Shown here one piece after another: positions 1 through 8,627 of a stretch of 58,880 nt of DNA (positions are counted from its first letter, which is position 1; each line of letters opens with the position of its first letter). The translations under genes were made by a program, and so were the position numbers. The notes beneath the pieces are model-generated. The model made no database searches. It was not told the origin of the DNA and worked only from the letters and a program-made list of their open reading frames with translations. Source of the DNA: Spirochaetales bacterium (GTDB lineage Bacteria; Spirochaetota; Spirochaetia; Treponematales; Treponemataceae). Where the stretch lies: NCBI GenBank assembly GCA_028725265.1, contig JAQYSN010000039.1:1-58880 (forward strand), in the 5' to 3' direction.

Positions 1-163
1 TATGAACCTATTAAAGGGATTAGATTTGCCTGTCGCAACAAAAAAGAAGAATCTTACAATAGGCAACAAACAGACACTCTGTTTAAAAAACGAAAAATGT
101 CTGCTTTACGCATTGCAGAATCTATAATGCGTTTGCCCTGCTACTATACTAGAAAACGCTTGT

Positions 164-193
164 TTGACACTGAATATTTTGATATAGTATAAT
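164..193 (+). promoter_or_regulatory. sigma-70-like promoter TTGACA-N18-TATAAT upstream of the M23 peptidase gene
   Basis: TTGACA at 164-169 and TATAAT at 188-193, read directly. Confidence 0.5.
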
Positions 194-203
194 TTGACTT
201 TAT

Positions 204-1238
204 TTGAGGCAAATAGTGGCTAGAAATAGAAAATATAAAAGAGTCGAAAGGAACGTCGTTTCAAAAATTATCTCCAAGATTTCAGCTTTTTTTAAAGCCA
301 TCGGAAATGGTTTAAAGAAGTTTTTTGAATTTGGATGTAGAAAAGTAACGATAATGATAGTCCCTCATTCCGAAAAAAAGCCATTGCATTTTCAGACATC
401 GGTATTTGCAATTTCTTTGGGATGCATCGTTGCAGTAGCTCTTTTCTTTTCTTTCGTGTTTTTTACGACACATCATGCTGGCTCTTCTGCAGAAATCGCT
501 CGCTTGAGTGAAGAAAATCTAAAAATTCAGGCAAATCTCGACGAACTTCGAGATGAAAACAACAATCTCCTTCAGGCTGCAAAACGTTTTCAGAATTCGC
601 TTTCAAAGTCTCTTGACATGGTCGGAATCGATCAGGTTGTCGGTTCAAATCAAGATAATTTTTCGGGTGGTGACCTTTCATTGCTCTTTGATATGAAAGA
701 ACTTTCCGAAGGCTCGATAAAAGAAGCTTCTGATATCAGGCAACTTACGAGCTATCTCGATAACAGCATTCCACCACTTGAACAGATTGCAAAAATGCTT
801 GAATCGCAAGGAACTCTTTTTAGTGACATTCCTTCTGTTTGGCCTTTGAAAGGTGGTATCGGACACGTTTCGATGGCATTTGGACAGAACGAACATCCTA
901 TTACCCATCAGTGGTACATTCATAAGGGTATGGACTTTTCTACATGGCGAACCGGCGACCCGATTATTGCTACGGCTAATGGTCAGGTTGTAACGGCGAT
1001 GTATGACAACATTTTTGGTAATAGCGTTATCATCAAGCATAAGCACGGATTTTATACTCGATATGCTCATATGAATTCAATTCGTGTAAAAAAAGGCCAA
1101 TATGTTACTCAGGGTGAAGTTATCGGAACTTTGGGTAACACAGGTTTGACAACGGGTCCTCACCTTCACTACGAGGTTCATATCGGATCGGACGTTGTAG
1201 ACCCTGCAAAATACGTAAATGTTAAATTAGCTAAGTAG
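204..1238 (+). CDS. membrane-anchored M23/LytM-family metallopeptidase
   Basis: 344-aa ORF with an N-terminal TM segment, a coiled-coil region and a C-terminal HKGMDF...GPHLHYEVH M23 signature. A likelier start is GTG 216, preceded by GAGG at 206-209. Confidence 0.85.
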   Translation: MRQIVARNRKYKRVERNVVSKIISKISAFFKAIGNGLKKFFEFGCRKVTIMIVPHSEKKPLHFQTSVFAISLGCIVAVALFFSFVFFTTHHAGSSAEIARLSEENLKIQANLDELRDENNNLLQAAKRFQNSLSKSLDMVGIDQVVGSNQDNFSGGDLSLLFDMKELSEGSIKEASDIRQLTSYLDNSIPPLEQIAKMLESQGTLFSDIPSVWPLKGGIGHVSMAFGQNEHPITHQWYIHKGMDFSTWRTGDPIIATANGQVVTAMYDNIFGNSVIIKHKHGFYTRYAHMNSIRVKKGQYVTQGEVIGTLGNTGLTTGPHLHYEVHIGSDVVDPAKYVNVKLAK

Positions 1239-1247
1239 GCGGAAAAT

Positions 1248-1676
1248 ATGGCAATTCTTTCGGACGACATTTCAATAAACACAATGGTGGGGCATGGTTC
1301 TCTTATCAGCGGTAATTTGAAAATCGACGGTTTTGTTCGAATAGATGGCAATATTGACGGCAATCTTGAAACGACTGGTAAAATCATCATCGGGGATGAT
1401 GCGAAAATTCGTGGAAATGTAACGGCAAGTTCGGTTATCAGTGGCGGTATCGTTGAGGGAGATGTCGTGGCTCCTGAGTTCGTTCAGCTTTTTTCTTCTG
1501 CAATCGTTCGTGGCGACGTAATTTCAAAAAAAATAACGGCTGAACAAAATTCGATAATCGATGGTTACTGTATTTCAATCAAAGACGATGAAAAATTTGA
1601 AAAGATGAAGAATCAGTGGGTTGATAAGAGATCGATTACTGATAAAAATATTTTTGGAAAGAAGACTAACGGGTAA
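1248..1676 (+). CDS. bactofilin-family cytoskeletal protein
   Basis: 142 aa with repetitive beta-helix pattern G.L.I.G.V.G.I.G typical of bactofilins; follows the M23 peptidase. Confidence 0.85.
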   Translation: MAILSDDISINTMVGHGSLISGNLKIDGFVRIDGNIDGNLETTGKIIIGDDAKIRGNVTASSVISGGIVEGDVVAPEFVQLFSSAIVRGDVISKKITAEQNSIIDGYCISIKDDEKFEKMKNQWVDKRSITDKNIFGKKTNG

Positions 1677-1679
1677 AAA

Positions 1680-2237
1680 ATGGGTGGAGTTATCAATGAT
1701 GCACTATATTATAATGCAACTCTCCAGGCTTCCCAATTAGATGCCAAAAAAAAGCAGAAATCAAGCGAGGCACTTGATTCTTCAAAGTCGGCAAAGTTTT
1801 CTAAAATGATGAAAACCGAAACTGATAACATTGAATTTCAGGAAAATGTAACTTCAAATGAGATTCCTGAGATTGCAGGAATGAGTTTTGAAAAAGCCGA
1901 AGAGTTTTTAATTGACGAAGTTTATGCGAAGGGTGATCTTTTGAAAAAGTCGCCTTTGCAAGAAAATTTTATTTTGTATAAAAAGGCTGTCCAGAATTTT
2001 CTGAAATTTGTCCAAAGCCAGAGTTATGAAGTCGAAGACAAATTTCTTGTTCGAAAGGTGAAAGTTCCAGGACATTTGAAACCTGTTTCCAGACAGAAGT
2101 GCTACAAATTGGTTAAGGTGGTTAACGAGAAGTTGGATTCGCTGGCGTCGGATATTTTATATAACCAGAGAGATCAAATCAGAATGACAGCGAAAGTTGA
2201 AGAAATCAAAGGGCTTTTGATAGACGTTTTTTATTAA
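1680..2237 (+). CDS. DUF327/YaaR-like protein
   Basis: 185 aa; C-terminal pattern YKKAVQNFL...EEIKGLLIDVFY resembles the YaaR family; sits next to a PSP1/YaaT-like gene as in Firmicutes. Confidence 0.55.
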   Translation: MGGVINDALYYNATLQASQLDAKKKQKSSEALDSSKSAKFSKMMKTETDNIEFQENVTSNEIPEIAGMSFEKAEEFLIDEVYAKGDLLKKSPLQENFILYKKAVQNFLKFVQSQSYEVEDKFLVRKVKVPGHLKPVSRQKCYKLVKVVNEKLDSLASDILYNQRDQIRMTAKVEEIKGLLIDVFY

Positions 2238-2257
2238 AAGCCGAGAGAGGAGAAAAA

Positions 2258-3202
2258 ATGGGAGAAGTTTTCGAAAAAGATATAGAAGATTACGAAGAAG
2301 ATGAGCGTGATTTAAGTTCTCTAGAGGATGATGATTACGACAAATCCAAGAATTTCAATAATGCAAAATTTGTTTTTCCAAATCCCCTTTATAAATTAAA
2401 GCTTGAATATTCAAGTGAAGGTATTTACGCTACGGCACCAGATGATATGGAACTGGTTCCAGGCGATTTTGTAATTATACCTACCCGATATGGAAAAGAT
2501 TTTGCCCGCGTTATGGGAACTTCAAAAAGTCCGATAGGAATTTATCCTTCAGATATCGTTCAGATTGAAAGAAAGGGAAATGAAAAGGATTTTCAAAAGT
2601 ACAAGGCGCTTGAGGAAAAAGAAGAAAATGCATGCAAGATTTTCCGAGAGAAAGTAATCCTTCATAATCTTGATATTAAATTGATTGCAACTCATTATCT
2701 GCTTGAAGAATCAAAGGTGATTTTCTTTTTCAGTTCAGAAAACAGGGTTGATTTTCGCGAGCTGGTTAAGGATTTGGTCAGTGTTTTCAAGATGCGAATT
2801 GAATTGCGTCAGATTGGCGTTCGTGATGAAAGCCGAATTACAGGTGGCCTTGGAGTTTGCGGACGACCTTATTGCTGTCATGCGGTTTCAGATGAGCTCA
2901 AACCTGTTTCCATTAAACTTGCAAAGGAACAGAACTTATCTCTAAATTCGATGAAGATTTCTGGTCAGTGCGGCCGTCTTTTGTGTTGTCTTGCTTACGA
3001 AATTGATTGCTACACGGAAGGCAGAAAGAAAATGCCAGGCGAAGGAGCAAAATTCTATTATGATGGTTCAAACTTTAGAGTTACGGAAGTTAATCCGCTT
3101 AAGGGCATGGTAAAAATGCTTGGGGATGACGGACGTATTCTTGAAATTCCAGCATCAAGATTTGAGAATATTGATGGTCGTTGGAAAATCATCGCGCTAT
3201 AA
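2258..3202 (+). CDS. PSP1 domain protein (YaaT/RicT-like)
   Basis: 314 aa with Cys motifs GVCGRPYCCH and GQCGRLLCCLAYE typical of PSP1 C-terminal domains. Confidence 0.8.
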   Translation: MGEVFEKDIEDYEEDERDLSSLEDDDYDKSKNFNNAKFVFPNPLYKLKLEYSSEGIYATAPDDMELVPGDFVIIPTRYGKDFARVMGTSKSPIGIYPSDIVQIERKGNEKDFQKYKALEEKEENACKIFREKVILHNLDIKLIATHYLLEESKVIFFFSSENRVDFRELVKDLVSVFKMRIELRQIGVRDESRITGGLGVCGRPYCCHAVSDELKPVSIKLAKEQNLSLNSMKISGQCGRLLCCLAYEIDCYTEGRKKMPGEGAKFYYDGSNFRVTEVNPLKGMVKMLGDDGRILEIPASRFENIDGRWKIIAL

Positions 3203-3314
3203 TTTAATCGAAATTATCTTATTATTGTAAATTTTAAATAATAGTAGTAAACTCGAAGTAAGAAACTGAAACGGAAAAATTTTCCGAAAAAATATTTATC
3301 AAGGGAGGACTATA

Positions 3315-6300
3315 ATGTCCAGAAAGAAACAATCAATGGATGGTAACCAGGCTGCAGCTCATGTTGCGTATGCGTTTACAGAAGTTGCAGGAATTTATCC
3401 TATTACACCATCTTCACCAATGGCGGATTTTGTTGATCAGTGGTCAGCAAACGGTCAGAAAAATATTTTCGGTACAAAAACAAAAGTTATCGAAATGGAA
3501 TCAGAAGCAGGTGCAGCAGGAACAGTTCACGGTTCTTTGGCTGCTGGTGCACTTACAACAACATTCACTGCTTCTCAGGGTCTTCTTTTGATGATTCCTA
3601 ACATGTACAAAATTGCCGGTGAGCAGTTGCCAGGCGTTTTCCATGTTTCAGCACGATGTGTTGCAAGCCAGTCTTTGAACATCTTCGGTGATCACTCAGA
3701 CGTTTATGCTTGCCGACAGACAGGTTTCGCAATGCTCGCAGAAAGCAACCCACAGGAAGTTATGGACTTGGCTCCAGTTGCTCACCTTGCAGCAATCGAA
3801 GGAAAAGTTCCTTTCCTTAACTTCTTCGACGGATTTAGAACATCACACGAAATTCAGAAAATCGAAACTTGGGACTATGCAGACCTTAAAGAAATGTGCG
3901 ATATGGACGCTGTAAAGGCTTTCCGACAGCACGCTCTTAACCCAGAACACCCAGCAATGCGCGGTTCACACGAAAACGGAGACGTTTTCTTCCAGCACCG
4001 AGAAGCTTGCAACAGCGTATACGATGCACTTCCAGAAGTTGTTTCAAAATACATGGCTAAAATCAATGTTAAGCTTGGAACAAACTACGACCTTTTCAAC
4101 TACTACGGAGCAAAAGATGCTGATCGAGTAATCGTTGCTATGGGTTCAATCTGTGATGTTGCTGAAGAAGTAATTGACTACCTCAACAACAAAGGCGAAA
4201 AAGTTGGTCTTATCAAAGTTCGACTTTACAGACCTTGGGTTTCAGAAAAATTCTTGGCTGCAATCCCAGCTACTTGCAAAAAGCTCGCTGTTCTTGACCG
4301 AACAAAAGAGCCTGGTTCTCTTGGTGAACCACTTTTCTTGGATGTTGCTACAACTCTCCGAGAAGCAGGAAAGAATGACATCAAACTTTGTGGCGGACGA
4401 TACGGTCTTGGTTCAAAAGACACACCACCATCAAGCGTTTTTGCTATCTACACAGAATTGGCAAAAGATGCTCCAAAAGCACGATTCACAGTTGGTATCG
4501 TAGATGATGTTACGAACCTTTCACTTCCTGAAGTTAAACCAGCTCCTATTACAGCAGCTGCAGGAACAGTTGAATGCAAATTCTGGGGTATCGGTGGAGA
4601 CGGAACTGTTGGTGCCAACAAAGACTCTACAAAAATCATCGGTGACCACACTGACAAATACATTCAGGCTTATTTCCAGTATGACTCAAAGAAAACTGGT
4701 GGTATAACAATCAGCCACTTGCGTTTCGGCGACAATCCTATCAAATCACCTTACTACATCAACCAGGCTGACTTCGTAGCTTGCCACAACCAGTCTTATA
4801 TCATCAAAGGATACAAGATGGTTCAGGATGTAAAGAAAGGCGGAACATTCCTTATCAACTGCCAGTGGTCTGATGAAGAATTGGACAAATACTTGCCAGC
4901 TGAATCAAAGAAATACATCGCTGACAACGACATCACAGTTTACACAATCGACGCTGTTGACATCGCAGGAAAAATCGGACTTGGAAAAAGAACGTCTACA
5001 GTTCTCCAGTCTGCATTCTTCAAGCTTGCAAACGTTCTTCCAGCTGAAGAAGCAATCAAATACATGAAAGAAAAGGTTGTTGCTAAATTCAGCAAGAAAG
5101 GACAGGACATCGTTGACATGAACTGCCAGGCTATCGACCAGGGTGCAGGCGCTCTCCACAAGGTTGAAATTCCAGCTTCTTGGAAGAATCCAGCTGCAGA
5201 CGCTAAAAAGCCAGCTCTCAAGGGTGAAGCTAAGACAGTTGCAATGGTAGAAAAATTGATGAACCCTATCGCTCTTATGGACGGTGACAACCTTCCTGTA
5301 AGTGCATTCAAAGATTGTGCAGACGGACAGTTCGAACTCGGAGCTTCTGCTTACGAAAAACGAGGAACAGCCGTTATGGTTCCAGCTTGGGATGCAGAAA
5401 AATGTATTCAGTGTAACAACTGTGCATTCGTATGTTCACACGCTACAATCCGACCATTCTTGTTGACAGATGCTGAAGTTAAAGCAGCACCAGCTAACCT
5501 CAAGGCTGTTGATACAAAACCAAAGGCAAGCCAGTACAAATACACAATGAGCGTTTCACCTCTCGACTGTATGGGATGTGGCGAATGTGTTACTGTTTGT
5601 CCTACAAAGGCTATCGCAATGGTTCCACAGGAATCTCTTGCTGCAGAACAGCCAGTTTTCGACTACCTCGTTGCAAACGTTTCAAAGAAGACAGATGCAG
5701 GCATGAACGACCTTACACCAAAAGGAAGCCAGTTCAACCAGCCATTGCTTGAATTCTCTGGTTCTTGCGCAGGTTGTGCAGAAACTTCTTATGCTCGACT
5801 TATCACACAGTTGTTCGGTGAGCACATGTATATTTCAAACGCTACAGGATGTTCTTCAATTTGGGGTGGTCCTGCTGCAACTTGTCCTTACACAATCAAC
5901 AAAGATTCAAAGAAAGGTCCAGCTTGGGCTAACAGCTTGTTCGAAGACAACGCTGAACACGGTCTTGGTATGTACATGGGACAGAAATTCATCCGTGATG
6001 ACCTTATCGCTAAGTTGGGAGAAATCGCTGCAAGCGACAAAGCTCCACAGAGCGTAAAAGATGCAATCGCTAAATTCATGGAAACAAAAGATTCAACACG
6101 AGAGAATGGACCTTATGCCGAAGCTCTTATCGCTGAACTCGAAAAACTTGACTGCGACTGTGAAACACGAAAAGAAATCCTTGAGAAGAAAGATTACCTT
6201 TCAAAGAAATCTGTTTGGATCATGGGTGGAGACGGATGGGCTTACGACATCGGTTTCGGTGGATTGGACCACGTTCTTGCTTCTGGAGAAAACATCAATG

Positions 6301-6860
6301 TTATGGTATTCGATACAGAAATGTACTCTAATACTGGTGGACAGGCTTCTAAGGCTTCTAACATCGGTGAAGTTTGTCAGTTTGCTGCTGCCGGAAAAGA
6401 CATCGGAAAGAAATCTTTGGCAGAAATCGCTATGAGCTATGGTTATGTTTACGTAGCACAGATTGCTTTGGGCGCAAATCCAGCACAGGCAGTTAAGGCT
6501 ATCGCAGAAGCTGAAGCTTACAACGGACCTTCACTTATCATCGGATACGCTCCATGTGAGTTGCACGGTGTTAAGGGCGGTATGAACCACTGTCAGGACG
6601 AAATGAAAGCTGCTGTTGCCGCTGGTTACTGGAACTTGTTCAGTTTCAATCCTGCTCTTAAGGCAGAAGGAAAGAATCCTTTCACATTGACTTCTGAAGC
6701 AGGTGACGGAACATACCAGAACTTCTTGGCTAACGAAACACGATACTCTGCACTTACTCGCAAGTTCCCAGAACGAGCTGAATTGCTCTTCAAACGAAAC
6801 GAAGAAGCAGCTAAGGCTCGCTTTGAGCACCTACAGAAACTTGTTGAATTGTACAAATAG
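3315..6860 (+). CDS. nifJ: pyruvate:ferredoxin (flavodoxin) oxidoreductase, single-polypeptide PFOR
   Basis: 1181 aa; two CxxCxxCxxxCP ferredoxin motifs (CIQCNNCAFVCSH, CMGCGECVTVCPT) and the TPP-binding GGDGWAYDIG motif; length and order typical of NifJ/Por. Confidence 0.95.
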   Translation: MSRKKQSMDGNQAAAHVAYAFTEVAGIYPITPSSPMADFVDQWSANGQKNIFGTKTKVIEMESEAGAAGTVHGSLAAGALTTTFTASQGLLLMIPNMYKIAGEQLPGVFHVSARCVASQSLNIFGDHSDVYACRQTGFAMLAESNPQEVMDLAPVAHLAAIEGKVPFLNFFDGFRTSHEIQKIETWDYADLKEMCDMDAVKAFRQHALNPEHPAMRGSHENGDVFFQHREACNSVYDALPEVVSKYMAKINVKLGTNYDLFNYYGAKDADRVIVAMGSICDVAEEVIDYLNNKGEKVGLIKVRLYRPWVSEKFLAAIPATCKKLAVLDRTKEPGSLGEPLFLDVATTLREAGKNDIKLCGGRYGLGSKDTPPSSVFAIYTELAKDAPKARFTVGIVDDVTNLSLPEVKPAPITAAAGTVECKFWGIGGDGTVGANKDSTKIIGDHTDKYIQAYFQYDSKKTGGITISHLRFGDNPIKSPYYINQADFVACHNQSYIIKGYKMVQDVKKGGTFLINCQWSDEELDKYLPAESKKYIADNDITVYTIDAVDIAGKIGLGKRTSTVLQSAFFKLANVLPAEEAIKYMKEKVVAKFSKKGQDIVDMNCQAIDQGAGALHKVEIPASWKNPAADAKKPALKGEAKTVAMVEKLMNPIALMDGDNLPVSAFKDCADGQFELGASAYEKRGTAVMVPAWDAEKCIQCNNCAFVCSHATIRPFLLTDAEVKAAPANLKAVDTKPKASQYKYTMSVSPLDCMGCGECVTVCPTKAIAMVPQESLAAEQPVFDYLVANVSKKTDAGMNDLTPKGSQFNQPLLEFSGSCAGCAETSYARLITQLFGEHMYISNATGCSSIWGGPAATCPYTINKDSKKGPAWANSLFEDNAEHGLGMYMGQKFIRDDLIAKLGEIAASDKAPQSVKDAIAKFMETKDSTRENGPYAEALIAELEKLDCDCETRKEILEKKDYLSKKSVWIMGGDGWAYDIGFGGLDHVLASGENINVMVFDTEMYSNTGGQASKASNIGEVCQFAAAGKDIGKKSLAEIAMSYGYVYVAQIALGANPAQAVKAIAEAEAYNGPSLIIGYAPCELHGVKGGMNHCQDEMKAAVAAGYWNLFSFNPALKAEGKNPFTLTSEAGDGTYQNFLANETRYSALTRKFPERAELLFKRNEEAAKARFEHLQKLVELYK

Positions 6861-6920
6861 TTTTGAAAACCGACAGGCGGGCAAGCCGTCTGCGGCTTAA
6901 AACTTCTATGAAAATGACAA

Positions 6921-6955
6921 GGGGATGCAACTTACATTGCATCCTCTTGCATTTT
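6921..6955 (+). terminator. hairpin downstream of PFOR
   Basis: GGGGATGCAA / TTGCATCCTC stem with a 6-nt loop, followed by a weak T-rich tail. Confidence 0.45.
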
Positions 6956-7077
6956 AAACTACATTCAACACGACATTTCTAGCGAAATGCGTGTTAACGC
7001 ATAGGCAGACATATCTTGCAATATGCGTGCCAAACAAGTTTCAACCTGACACCTAACGGTGCAGGTTAAACCATAGA

Positions 7078-7113
7078 CCTGATATGCTAAATAGCGTGTC
7101 AGGCTTTTTTTTT
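7078..7113 (+). terminator. Rho-independent terminator ending a ~140-nt structured intergenic unit
   Basis: 10-bp stem CCTGATATGC/GCGTGTCAGG (two G-U pairs) followed by nine T. Confidence 0.7.
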
Positions 7114-7209
7114 ATTTTTAAAAACTAAGCGAAGGCCAACAATAAAATCGCTAAACGCAACAACAAAATAATGAGACAAGGTGAGCTGCAAAAACAGTGC
7201 TACACTGTT

Positions 7210-7237
7210 TTAAAAGATTGTATGTACAATCTTTTAA
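7210..7237. promoter_or_regulatory. perfect 13+13 bp palindrome (operator or hairpin) upstream of a small ORF
   Basis: TTAAAAGATTGTA tg TACAATCTTTTAA, read directly; lies about 25 nt upstream of the AGGAG at 7263-7267. Confidence 0.4.
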
Positions 7238-7274
7238 AAAGAATGTTCTTTTACTGAATTTAAGGAGTCAAACT

Positions 7275-7562
7275 TTGGAATGGAAACCCATTGAAGATTA
7301 TATTTGTTGTATTTTATCTGTAAATGAGTATGTATACAAAAAGAGCGAGAAAAAACCGCAAGAATTAATTGAAGAAATAAAAAGATTTCCTGTTATTAGT
7401 CATCGCGATGATGGAACAATTAGAATGCGTCTTCAAAATATCAAAGCTGTGTTTAACTCATTAAAAATCGAAAATACACTAAATCTTACAGCACTTGAAA
7501 ACTGTGCAGTGCAGACAGAGACTATCATAAAGGAAATATTTAAAGGAGAAGAGAAAAAATGA
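7275..7562 (+). CDS. hypothetical small protein
   Basis: ORF track gives 7197..7562. The TTG at 7275 has an AGGAG 7 nt upstream, and the upstream part overlaps the palindrome, so I prefer 7275. The stop overlaps the next start (ATGA). Confidence 0.45.
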   Translation: MEWKPIEDYICCILSVNEYVYKKSEKKPQELIEEIKRFPVISHRDDGTIRMRLQNIKAVFNSLKIENTLNLTALENCAVQTETIIKEIFKGEEKK

Positions 7563-8182
7563 AAAAAATTAAAGTTTTATATGTTTTAGCAGTGGCTTCA
7601 CTAATCTTGCTTTTTACAGGATGTGGAAATCAAAATAAATTACTTGAAGGAACGACATGGTATGGAGAAAGGGTAATTTCGCTGGACTCTGAATCCGAGC
7701 AAATATCAGCAGCGAATGATGGATATAGTTCGACATCCCCTTATTATAAAGTGGGATATGATTATTCAATAAAATTGAAACTAGAATTTACTACAGATGA
7801 AATTGTTAAAGTAACTGGTGAGTATTATAGTAAGGACTCTTATTATGATAGCGACCGTGATTATGTTAAATCAGGAACAATAAATACTTCTTACTATTAT
7901 TTATTGGAAGATGGAAAAATGTATTTTAAAACGTATGACAATGATTTTAGTGGCTATGGGCTTAACGAATCTGGCAACGGGTTTGGACATGATGCATTGT
8001 ATGATGGATCAAAAATATCTGTTCTAGCTTTTTATTATGCAAATTTTGGATTGCCGAATGAACTGCTCAGAGGTAGAACTGAGCTACTACCTTTGTGGAA
8101 ATTCAGTGGTATTGATCCAGAATATTATGATGGTGATACATATGTTGAAAACTACGAGTTAGTAGCTTTGCAACAACAATAA
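7559..8182 (+). CDS. lipoprotein of unknown function
   Basis: Signal peptide with lipobox LLFTGC; Tyr/Asp/Ser-rich mature part. Confidence 0.7.
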   Translation: MKKIKVLYVLAVASLILLFTGCGNQNKLLEGTTWYGERVISLDSESEQISAANDGYSSTSPYYKVGYDYSIKLKLEFTTDEIVKVTGEYYSKDSYYDSDRDYVKSGTINTSYYYLLEDGKMYFKTYDNDFSGYGLNESGNGFGHDALYDGSKISVLAFYYANFGLPNELLRGRTELLPLWKFSGIDPEYYDGDTYVENYELVALQQQ

Positions 8183-8194
8183 AATTTCACAAGG

Positions 8195-8225
8195 TGACCC
8201 GTGGCATTGCTGCGGGTTATTTTTT
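8195..8225 (+). terminator. Rho-independent terminator
   Basis: TGACCCG...CGGGTTA stem followed by a T6 run. Confidence 0.6.
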
Positions 8226-8228
8226 AGT

Positions 8229-8260
8229 CCTGCACGTAATCAATTGCCACCTGCACGTAA
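8229..8260 (+). promoter_or_regulatory. two 11-bp direct repeats CCTGCACGTAA spaced 21 bp start-to-start, upstream of the hydrogenase operon
   Basis: Exact copies at 8229-8239 and 8250-8260. Confidence 0.3.
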
Positions 8261-8366
8261 CAACGTTCAAAACAAAATTCCGGCAACCGATAAAGACTTT
8301 CTCCGAAAACCTCAACTTGCGTACTTTCTCTTGATGGTCTAAGATATAGATAGGGAGAAAAATCAA

Positions 8367-8624
8367 ATGAAAAAAATTAAAGTACAGATCTGCTCCGGGA
8401 CGACCTGTTTTGTGATGGGTGGTTCGGAACTCTTATTGTTACCTGATATTTTGCCAGATGAAATGAAGGATTGCGTTGAAATCGAAGCAATCAACTGCAT
8501 GGATAAATGTCGAAATTGTGGGGAAGAAAAATCGCCGTTTGTTATCGTTAACGGTAAATCACTTGAAAAAGTTACTCTCAATTCTTTATTCGAAACTGTT
8601 CAAAAAATCTATCAGGGAATCTAA
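8367..8624 (+). CDS. thioredoxin-like [2Fe-2S] ferredoxin domain protein
   Basis: 85 aa; Cys pattern C..C...C..C; paralog of 12538..12783; directly upstream of a hydrogenase. Confidence 0.7.
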   Translation: MKKIKVQICSGTTCFVMGGSELLLLPDILPDEMKDCVEIEAINCMDKCRNCGEEKSPFVIVNGKSLEKVTLNSLFETVQKIYQGI

Positions 8625-8627
8625 TTT

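Noticed and set aside
2-127. Open frame from the window edge to a stop at 125-127 (..LLKGLDLPVATKKKNLTIGNKQTLCLKNEKCLLYALQNL*)
   Set aside because: It may be the 3' end of an upstream gene, but 42 codons with no recognisable motif are too little to call.
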